A DNA stretch of 64,000 bases from Daphnia carinata (taxonomy: Eukaryota): positions 124,001 through 188,000 of the forward strand of contig NC_081333.1 in the NCBI RefSeq assembly GCF_022539665.2, given 5' to 3'. A program made the position numbers and the translations under genes. This document shows, in pieces, positions 13,701-24,500 of the stretch. The notes beneath the pieces are model-generated. The model saw nothing but the letters and a program-made list of their open reading frames with translations, did no database searches and was not told where the DNA came from. Numbering within the stretch: position 1 is the stretch's first letter; each line of letters begins with the position of its first letter.

Positions 13701-15600
13701 GGGAGTTCTTTCCTTTCTTTGTGTTGTCATTTTCACTTTTTCCAAGATATGTTTTCGCCCGATTTTGCTTAATGACGATGCAAAAGCCAACATATTTAAA
13801 CTATCGCCAAATATTGTCTTTGGGGTGAATTTTTGTATGCAAAGTTGAATACTTAAGCCAAGGCCTATATTCAACATTGCTATGCAATCAGTGAAATGAT
13901 TATGGTTGGATAATTATTGGGTAGGAGGACCTGTGTATAAAAATGGAAAGACAGGACAGGTGCATCTGTTGCCTACGTGCTAGACTGTTATTCGAAATAG
14001 AGCCACTGTATAATATTTGAATATCCGTGACAAAAAAATTTCCTCGTCAGACAATGCCGGATTACCCCCAATTTCGATTCAGTAATAACTTATTAATAGA
14101 AAATCTAACATCTCTCTCAATACACTGAGAAAGGTAATAACTGGAGGTTACGGTTTCATTATTTGTGACGTGAACTTTAAATGTGGATAATAAAAGAACG
14201 TCATGAAACAAATTTTGTTTCTATGTTTTATTTATTTAAGGACCATAGGAAATGTAAGCAAACATGACTATGTTTGAAAAAGTAAGAGAAAAGTAATTTT
14301 CCAAAATTCGAAAAAGCGGGAAGGCAATAGCCTTCCAACTTTTGTCAAAATCTATGGCAATCCGTTTAACCCGTAATAAAAATAAAAAATATTGTCCTTT
14401 TTTCCTCTTTTACTGCTATCGCCATCTACCGGTAACATTTGTAGTTATAAATGGGCCTAGATAATCGGGCTTGAAATATTTTACATTACTCCAAAACTAT
14501 AAAGTGTACGTAAAAACAAATTCCATTTTCGTATTCCTTGGTTAATTTTGAATCAGAATCATCTATAGTTATCTAGATTTAATGCTATTATTTTTTAATA
14601 GGTAAAAATTTTAAGCCCGACAATATAAGCCCGTTATTTTTTAATTGTTTTTTATGTTTTATTCAAAAACTATGAGTCCCACGAGAAAACAACCCTCATA
14701 TTCGTGATGCCCGTTTAATTCTGCATCGAAACCATGTATTTAACGCGAAATCTAAAGTTTTGCCAAAATTGAAAAAATGAGAAGGCTATAGCCTTCCCAC
14801 TTTTCCAATTTTCTTCAAATTCTAGATTTCATTAAAAATACATTATTCCGATTCGTAATTGATCGCTGATCACGAAAATGGGGTATATTTTTATATTAGG
14901 CTTCTACTTTTTGAAATAACCATAAAAAACAGAAAGTCGGGCTTATTTAGTCAGGCTTATTTAGTCGGGCTTAAATTTTTTTTCGGTCAGTGTATCTAGA
15001 GAATTAACTAGAAATATGACCGGTAGATAGCGATACCAGTAAAACAGAAAAAAAGGCCAATTATTTTATTTTTATTTTGGGTATTGCCATACGCCATAGC
15101 CTATGGCAATCCGTTTTACCCCAAATAAAAAAATATCGGCCTTTTTTTCTGTTTCCCTATGGCAACCCGTTTTACCCCCCCCAAAAAAAAAATATCGGCC
15201 TTTTTTCTGTTTCACTGCTCTCGCCATCTCCCGGTCAGATTTGTAGGTAATTCTCTACATACCAAATTTTTCTGCTGCATCATGCTAGCGCAGTAGCGTA
15301 CAGTACTTTGCGGTTGCTAGACGTCGTCAGTCTATTTCGTCACACTGTGGTTTCACCCCATCTGTCATTTGTACCAATTGTAGATATTGTCCATAACAAG
15401 TCTTCATGTTTACATTCTTGCCAGTGGTGCTGATACTTTTTTTTATCACAACTGCTTGTTTCAGCTGTTCCAAGTGAGGCATTACTTATGCAAGTACTTA
15501 AAGAGGGCTGACCATTACAAAAGAAGAGCTCATCGCGGTATGTTATGAAATGAATAGATTTTTAAAGAAAGAAAACTTTTAACCTCCCCTATTCCTCATA

Positions 15601-16575
15601 GATGCTGTGATGATATGTTTGCAAAACTGGAAAAAATTCTGTGCTATGGTGGCCTTAAGTATGTGCCCAACATTTTGAAAAATGTGAACAGCAAAAACAG
15701 TTGGTCAGAATTCCAAACGTCAAAAGCACTTATTTCTGGAAAATTAGTTAATCTACATCCTGATTTTCTGCTGTTCCATCAGTCACTATGCAGTGTGTTT
15801 GGACAATGGAAGCATTCTTGAATCAGACTGCTTCAATTTATATAGAAAATGTACTGCTTGCCATGCCCTGTGACCAACTTCACAGGACTACGTTGTAAGT
15901 TAGTATCACTTTACAAAGCCGAATAGGTGTAACCAAATGCAATTTTGTAAATTTTTTATACAGAATTATTTTACTGCTTTGTTTCATTGTACAGCAAATT
16001 TAGATTACATGGCTAGTATGAAAGAGATCAAGTATATTACCGAAATTGGCAATTTCCCTTTGCGACATCCGAACTCCTCAGTCTGTCATTCTGATGCAGG
16101 GGTCCTGAAAGAAGTTGGAACATTTTGAACCATCTCATCCAATAAGTCTGTCTCTTTCCTTGTGCCTGGAAACCCATGATTACAACTAATTAAAATTCCA
16201 TTTATTGTATTATTTGCATAGGTATTAGAAAATAGGTAGTCGCTTAATGATTAGTTTCTGCGCTGCCCGTCAACTTACCACCCAAGCAAGCACTATGTCT
16301 GTCAAACCATTAGCTGAATACAGTTAATACCAGTAGTTCACCAAAACAAGAGGTAAAGAAGGATTGCACCGATCCTTATTGAATATGTATTGATAGGCAA
16401 ACATTTAAAAATTGATTCATGTTTCGTTTTCTTTAAATAGGTTAGGAATCATACTGAATCAAAAGAGGTATCTAGTCGAACCAAATTTCATAATGATAAG
16501 GGTTGGAAGCCCGAAGGATCTTTGGAAAAATGCTTCCTGACCATTACCTTCAGTCGTTGCTGCCGCCCGAAAACA
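15601..16575 (+). pseudogene. Decayed intron-containing coding remnant, possibly the Cys-rich P2X7-C-like accessory gene of Kolobok-type transposons
   Basis: Across frameshifts and introns: CCDDMF...ILC, HPDF, AVCLD..ILE, FCAARQLT, PLPSVVAAARK. These loosely echo the HPGF..VCL..VL / AAYRQF / PLPSCVV..IR motifs of that family. Weak, by eye. Confidence 0.3.
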
Positions 16576-17317
16576 AAGTATTAAAAGTTATATAAATTGA
16601 AGTGCATATCTGGGCTCCCTTCTTTTCTGTGGCCCCGTTTCCCTTAAATTTTTAATAAGCCCGTAGGGGGTCATGCCCCTACTGTGATCAGCAGTAAACG
16701 GTTGTGAGTGCGCTGTCTGGAAAGGGGACGTGGATGTTCTCATGGTCCGATGATATCATTGGAGGGCTGTGGGGGCTACCCAAAAATCCGAATTAACAGT
16801 TAATCGCTCACGTAAAAGCTTGTCCGCGACCTTCGCTCTTCTTCCGGCTTCTCTTAGCCACGCACCGGGTAATCTCCCCGGTGAGTCAACTGAGGTAGTG
16901 TCTCCCCCTACCTTGGTTGACAGCAACTTTGAAATCGACTATTTTGTCCTTTCAAAGTTGCAAGTCTTTAAATTGTACCGAATATTGTCAATAAAAATTC
17001 TTAAAAAAAAAATTATTTATCTTATCGTTTTTACTGTCATGGAGTTGCTCTGCATCTTTCACAATGGTGAACATTTCCTTGTTTATGTTGCAATGATTGA
17101 CGTATACGTTATACTTTCAATTTTTGCTGTTTCCAATTATCGGAGAATATTTCGTATGTTTTTGTTCGTTGTTACATGACTTTATTGTTTATGGAACGAT
17201 GCACTTCAATCTCACTACATGGAGATCCCACAACTATTAGTGCATTAATGATATTGAATAGTATACACACATTGTATTTAACATTGTGAGTTATTTATAT
17301 TTATTTCATTGCATTTT

Positions 17318-17387
17318 GACTCTTTAAGGGATTGAACCTTTGACTTCTGGCGTGCGACGCCGATGCTCAACCATAGAGCCATGAGTC
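17318..17387 (-). pseudogene. Degenerate tRNA-like sequence (Ala-CGC-like anticodon) inside the repeat complex
   Basis: Minus strand reads GACTCATGGCTCTATGGTTGAGCATCGGCGTCGCACGCCAGAAGTCAAAGGTTCAATCCCTTAAAGAGTC: GACTC/GAGTC acceptor-like stem, A-box-like TGGCTCTATGG, B-box GGTTCAATCCC, imperfect anticodon arm. Confidence 0.6.
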
Positions 17388-17584
17388 TTGTAAAATAACT
17401 AACAATTTTTCCATGTCTTTTGAAGGAAACCTATTTGCACTTGTAATAATATTGTTGTGCGTCCCAACGCAATCTAATATTTCCGTATCGGAATGTCACT
17501 TATAAATACAATAGAGTAATTCTTTTTTTGTACAAAGAAATATTGTCTACAGCGGGACCCATGACTCAAACCTCTTGCACATAG

Positions 17585-17656
17585 GGTCCAGACGTGACTC
17601 GAACTCTTGACTTTCTATCACCATAGTCAGACGCTCTACCTCAGAGCTATCAGTAT
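17585..17656 (-). pseudogene. Second degenerate tRNA-like sequence
   Basis: Minus strand TAGCTCTGAGGTAGAGCGTCTGACT...GAGTTCGAGTC has D-arm/A-box-like and B-box-like motifs; acceptor stem does not pair. Confidence 0.45.
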
Positions 17657-19084
17657 TACATTACTTCCCGTAGCGTGCTAATACGATTCAGCGTAACGTA
17701 AAATAAGAAAAAGTCGGGCTTATTTTTAAACCTGACTGTACATCAGATGGCCGTGCATGATAAGGTTAAAATAATAGTATGTGGTATATCTTCATGCTAT
17801 GATCTATATTTACCAGGTATATCTTCCCATTAGCGTGATACATAATGCTAGTAGTCTCTGTTAACTAAGTACATCAATAAACCAACAGTAAAATAACAAA
17901 ACAAGCACGAAAGAAGCCACTACACCATTTCATATATGATCAAAATGCTTAAAATAATTGGCGTATTAATGTTCATTTTTTAGTTTTTGCGAAGTTGAAA
18001 AAAAAAATTACCGGAAGTGACCGGAAGTAGGCTATATCTCCAGAAATACTGGACCCACAACAAAACGAATGTGATTTTCGTGATCCTCGTGAAATTTAAA
18101 GTGTGTCTGACCTATTTTGACCTGTTTTTTGCGAAAAGTCCAATTTGGCCAAAATCGCGATTTTTCCTGAACTATAGTTCAGGGAAATTTGCGATTTTTG
18201 ACGATTTTCGGGTATCTTCTACTGACACATGGATTCGACCCCAAATTTCACGAGGATTACGAAAATGTGGTTCTTTTTCCATTCAGACCAACAGATAGTG
18301 GGTTATTAAGCAATTTCAAACCGGAAGTTATACCGAAAGTTAAAATTTCGAAAATTTAAAAAATGAACTATGTTCTCGTTTACAAAGTACACAAGATCTG
18401 CATAGTTTCAGTCGTAAACTATAGCTAATGAACATAACATGGCCTTTCAAAGTTCGTAAAGTTCAATTTTCAGGCACGACATGTATACCACTTCAAAGCA
18501 CTACCACACACATAATAATGGAAGCAAATGTTTCAAGCCATCCCCTTAATTTGATAGCCATCAGAATTACGGCCATGGTGAAACAGATACGGTTATGAGC
18601 AGAAAAAAGTAAACAGGAGATCCAATTCTTGCGGAACATTGATAGCAAATAGCACATCTTGTTAGAATTTCTTGAAGGTTTATTCCAATAAAAACTGGCC
18701 TATAAACTTAAAATCTTCTGTTACAGACTGTAAATATTTTGTTGCATTGAGAAATGAATGCTACCACGCTTGTAACAATGGCTTTATCCAGAATGATACA
18801 ACATGAGACCTGGTTTTCCAAAAGTACGTTAATATTACCTTGTTCTATGCCAAACAGCTTACATTTTGTGTTGGTAACGAAGCAGGGTAAAATTTGCACA
18901 TCAATAATAGGGGTGGAGGTAAAAACAACAAGCTATTCCGACGAAGTAAACTGACACACACGCTTTCAACGTAACAACAAAGTAATCAATGAGAATCAAA
19001 TGTCAAAAAATAGTTTTGATTTCAGCCGCTAGATGCTGGTGAACTTGCAGTGCCCGTCCGCTGGAAATTTATGTTCGGCCAGCT

Positions 19085-20830
19085 TTTAAAATAAGCCCGA
19101 CTTTCTGTTTTTTACGGTTAATTCAAAAACTAGAAGCCTGACATAAAACTATACCCCATTTTCGTGATCAGCGATCTATTTCGAATCGGAATAATGTATT
19201 TTTAATGAAATCTAGGATTTGAAGAAAATTGGAAAAGTGAGAAGGCTATAGCCTTCTTACTTTTTCAATTTTGGCAAAATTTTAGATTTCGCTTTAAATA
19301 CACGGTTTCGATGCAGAATTGAACGGGCATCACGAATATGAGGATTGTTTTCTCGTGGGACCTATAGTTTTTGAATAAAACGTAAAAAACGGTGAAGTTG
19401 GGTCTAAAAAAATAAGCCCGACTAAAAAAATAAGTCCGACTTTATCTTTAAATGACGATTTTTTCAAAAACGGCTTACATGACAAAAAAACAAATGGCTT
19501 TTTCTGAATCAGCGTTAAAATTGGGTTATACTGTGTGATTTTCTTTGCATTCCGAGAGATTTCGATTTTTTTTCAGATTTTGACAAAAGTGGGAAGGCTA
19601 TACCCTTCTCACTTTTTCAATTTTGGCAAAATTTTAGATTTCGCTTTAAATACATGCTTTCGATGCCGAATTGAACGGGCATCACGAATATGAGGGTTGT
19701 TTTCTCGTGGGCCTCATAGTTTTTGAATAAAACGTAGAAAACGGTAATGGTTTGGTTAAAAAATAAGGCCGGGCTTATTTTGTCGGGCTTAAAATTTTTT
19801 CCTATTAAAAAATAATAGCATTAAATCTAGATAACTATAGATGATTCTGATTCAAAATTAACCAAGGAACACGAAAATAGAATTTCTTTTTACGTAGAGT
19901 TTATAGCTTTGGAGTAATCTAAAATATAAAATTAATGTGTGTGCGAATCGAAACCATTACTAGCGCGCCAGTACGCTACAGCGCTAGTGTGACACATTAA
20001 ACTTCTTTGATTATTCAAAAACCATGAATTCTACGTAAAAACAAATTTCATTTTCGTGTTTTTTGTTAAATTTCAAATCAGAATCATGTATAGTTATTTA
20101 GATTTAATTACATTATTTTTTTAAATGGAAAAATTTTAAGCCCAACAAAATAAGCCCGACTTTCTATTTTTTTAATGGTTAATTAAAAAATTAAAAGCCT
20201 AATATAAAAATTTACCCTATTTTCGTGATCAGCGATCAATTTCGAATCGGAATAATGTATTTTTAACGAAATCTAGGATTTGACGAAAATTGAAAAAGTG
20301 AGAAGGCTATAGCCTTCCTACTTTTTCATTTTTGGCAAAATTTTAGATTTCGCTTTAAATACACGTTTTCGATGCAGAATTGAACGGGCATCACGAATCT
20401 GAGGGCTGTTTTCTCGTGGGACTCATAGTTTTTGAATAAAACGCAAAAAACGGTCAAAGTTGGGTCTAAAAAAATAAGCCCGACTAAAAAAATAAGACCG
20501 ACTTTATCTTTAAATGACGATTTTTTCAAAAACGGCTTACACGACAAAAAAACAAATGGCTTTTTCTGAATCACCGTTAAAATTGGGTTATACTGTGTGA
20601 TTTTCTTTGCATTCCGAGAGATTTCGATTTTTTCAGATTTTGACAAAAGTGGGAAGGCTATAGCCTTCTCACTTTTTCAATTTTGGCAAAATTTTAGATT
20701 TCGCTTTAAATACACGGTTTCGATGCAGAATTGAACGGACATCATGAATATGAGGGTTGTTTTCTCCTGCAACTCATAGTTTTTGAATAAAACGTAATAA
20801 ACGGTAAAAGTTGGGTTAAAAAACAAGCCC
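19085..20830. repeat. Subterminal tandem and inverted repeats of the transposon-like complex
   Basis: 19090-19760 is closely repeated at 20150-20830. 19770-19920 is inverted at 20010-20165. GAAGGCTATAGCCTTC or near variants at ~19241, 19593, 20302 and 20653. Confidence 0.85.
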
Positions 20831-21535
20831 TGGCTTATGTTGTCTTATATAGTAATACAAAGTCGTTATTGTGTACTATTTTCACACCGCAACAAGCAAT
20901 AACGACTTTATATTACTCAAATATATTATTTCTACCTAAAACAAGTAACTATTTCTATTATTCCGCCATCTAACACCGATAGATGGCGGTAGATGTAAAA
21001 AAGAAAAAAGGGCGAAAAATTGCCATACAAAACAACCCTTATGAGTGTTAGTTTTTGCAGAAACAAATTTTAAGCCCGACTAAATAAGCCCGACTTTTCT
21101 TAGGCCTTGGGCGAGGCTTATTTTCGTCCCCTAGGAGTGGAAACTTCCCACTTGGATTGAATGAAACCCCCTCAGAAATAAATGAAAGATTTCGAAATTT
21201 TTCTTGGAAATCTTTATTGGTTACAAATTTTACATACGCATCCGTATAATTAACAAGCTTCTTCTCAAGGAAAAGTAGAATAATTGCTTCTGAAAAGGAA
21301 TTTGAGAGAAGCAGTGGTATTGATGCACGATTTAGAAGTCCCACGGTAAAGGTCATCGATTTCTTCGTAGGGCAGTGAGGACAAGGGCAGAATGCAAAAA
21401 TCAAACACGTAGTTTAAAGGGTCACCGTACATTTGGATGAAAATTGCAATTGAAACATCTTTTATTTTGACAGTATTTTTTTTTTTTTTAGGACCTACTT
21501 TTTTTTATTCGGTACCATTTAGGGGAATGGCCAAT

Positions 21536-24500
21536 TTAGGCGTTTTGGATGACGTCGTCGCTATCGAAGTCCTCGTCATTCCCATTGGATTCTTCAATAT
21601 TTTGATTAGCTAAATCAGAAATTTTACTTTCCTCCAACGCAAATTCAAGTACGGTGCTGGGCTACATTGAATGAAAATGGTGCGCACGAACATTAATTGT
21701 GTGCCATGGTAACATTTTAAAGTAATGTCATGTTGAATTGTTTGAAACTCGTGGCTCCAAGCAATTATCACTTACCCTGTTCCAAAGATTGACCATAAAT
21801 TTATCCTCGTTAACGTTTGTAGAATTTGTGGTGGAAAGCCAAGAACAATCATATCCTATTGCATGAATACCCCAAACATAAATTTGTTCCCAGTCCTGAA
21901 ATTAAAAAAAAGTGGGAGCGTGGAAAAAAATGGATCAGAGTTAAAGAATTGGTTTACTTTAGGCGTAGCATTGCGTGGTTATCTAAAATTATGATTAAAA
22001 CAACAATACTCTGAACAGCTGGTTTTTCTCACCTCCGCTGACCAAATAATTAATTTATCAAGGCTTCCTGCTGCAAGAAACCCACCATCGGATGAAAAGG
22101 CGAACGTATAATGAAAATCTACACATTCATCAGAAAGTCGTCGTGGCTTTTGTTCGTTTTCTAGCGGATTCCAAAGAAAAACACCATTGTAATGCGATGC
22201 ACTAAAAGAAAAAAAGAAAACCATCAGACAAAACTGGAACTGGCAATAGAAACACCAGACATGGATCTTACACCAATTCACAAAATGATTTTTTTAATTT
22301 AAAAATGCTAATCCGGCACAATCGGACTACTTTTCAATCGCGCATATTTATCCTCATTGAGCTGCTTACTTTTCGTTGATGACATTAACTTTGGCAGATC
22401 GTAGACCAGCTGGAAAGACTGTCAGATTCCTTTACAGGACTAGACAGGGAAACGGATTGAATTCGCGAATTCAATTGTTTTATTTTTTTGTGTTTTTCTT
22501 TCGTTTCTTTTTACGTATGCGTTTTGTTTAGCATCCGCTACCGAGTGACACGGTGTTCGTTAACCTCCAGGTTGACCTTACTGATATCAGAAAAACTTAT
22601 TTGACCTCGTATCCGCGCCCTCCCGTGGCTAGTAATTTTTAATTCAGTGGCACCGATTCAATGGATGATTCACGTTGAAAAGAATGGACGTGCAGTTTGC
22701 AAAATTCTTAATTCAAACAAACAATTTCGCAGAACTAAAATTTACGTTTCAATTAATTGACTTACTAAACAAAATTGAAGTTTTTGGTCGATTTCCTTGC
22801 CATTTCGATTCCGTCCTCTTCTTCCCCATTTCCTATGGGCGGGCGAAAAGCAAACGCTGCTATTTCCCCATCAATTAGCAGGTTATAAATGGGCTCATCA
22901 CGATCCAGGGACCAAATCTACCAAGAAAAAAAAAATACAATCAATAAAGCAAGTCAATCTCGACAAACCGAAGATATCTTCCATTTCATTTTGTCGCGTC
23001 AATAAACAAATTATTTACATTAATCCGGTCACCACCACCATTGGCCAAATATTGGGTCCTTTCATTCCATTCCAGATGATCACATTCACTGCCGTGTCTG
23101 AATTCTTTCACGAATCGCGTTGTTGTCAAATTGTTTTCATCCACTTCAAAAATCCGAATCCTTCCGTTAAGAGAAGACACGGCGATTCGATTTTCCGAAA
23201 TCCACTTCACAGCCTTAACCTTTTCACTGTCAATTGTGGTGATAACGTTGCCAGTTGATGAATCCGATACAAAAACTCGATTGGATCGCTGCACGAACAA
23301 TAGTGGCATGAAAGAAAATAAACAGAACAACCGTGATGAGAATTGCATCAGATTAATCGGCATAAAAAGTTCAGTTTCGCCTTTGCTGAAATGAGAACCT
23401 CCACATGTTCAGTTTATCGAAATGGGAAAATCGATTTCGGATTCGAGGAACAAATCGTTAATTGTAAACGTCAAATGGTAAATGCTTTATGATTCTAACA
23501 ATTTCTTCACAATTCAAACAGAATAGCGATGATGTTAATGGAAACTTCCAATGATCTGCAACAAATTCTAAATGTCGTCAGGTAAATCTTAAGCATTTCG
23601 CAACAAACAAATATTGACGTATTGTTGGCACAAAAATGGGCCAGAATTTCATGATGATGGGTCAATCAAAATTAATTTCCAACTTACCCGTCCAAAAGTA
23701 GCCAGCAAGTTGGGCTTTGTTGGATTCCATAAAATTCCAGTGACCTTTAGTTGCTTTTCAAAGAGAACATGGCACTCTGGGTAATTCCAAACAATAAGGC
23801 AATAGTCAACACTTCCAACAGCTATTTGTGTCCCATTAATCTAATTCAAGATTTTGCGATAAAGTTTCTCTTAGTTGTATGGAAAAATTATGTCTGTCTG
23901 TCCCTGATTTCGTAACCCGTAACATTTATGCGTAACAACCAGATCAAATAAACAATTTGTTAGAGGTCCATGTTTCCGTCCGAAATCAGGGATAATAAGT
24001 TAGCCGATAATCGACTTACATTCCATTTAAGTGATTCCACTTTTCCCCAATGGATGATCTCAGGTAGACAAATGACTTTCTTCTTCCAATTGGAAAACGG
24101 AATAGACGAATTTTCTGCAGTGTAAAATATCAACTCATGGTTACTGATACACGCAAAAATCGGCTCAGTGGGGTGGGAGCAGACGGCATACATGATGCTC
24201 CCAGCCATGTCAACGTGTCGCAATCGACATTGGATTTTTTCTAAAAAGAAATAACTAGATTAGAGTAATCAATTCATTTAAAATCAAACGCTTGAGTTTT
24301 TACCCTTTTTCTGGTACAACAAAATTGCTAGTTCTTTGATGACCTCAGGCAATCCAATCCTTTCTTTTTCTTTAAATTTAATCATAGACTCAATCAAACC
24401 AGCAAGGATTCTTCTGTTTACGTCGTCTGCCGCGAAATATTAAAAAAAAACTTTAAATACGTAAATTTGATAAAGAAGAGGGAATCTTTGCTGTTTCTAA

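Larger units (their letters stand above)
14290..21135. mobile_element. Nested/composite DNA-transposon-like repeat complex (non-autonomous or decayed)
   Basis: 14460-14980 is the reverse complement of blocks in 19085-19925. TATGGCAA-type ends at 14353, 15102 and 15158; matching TTGCCATA at ~15091 and 21027. ~350-bp internal tandem units (19240-19760, 20295-20830) carry the GAAGGCTATAGCCTTC palindrome and repeated TAAGCCCGAC motifs. Superfamily not established. Confidence 0.75.

Noticed and set aside
17318..17387. Functional tRNA-Ala gene
   Set aside because: The acceptor stem is short and the anticodon and T stems are mismatched; kept only as a tRNA-like remnant.
18480..18960. THAP/transposase remnant on the minus strand (RKNW...RIC)
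   Set aside because: Similarity is only a few residues amid stops; cannot be supported by eye.
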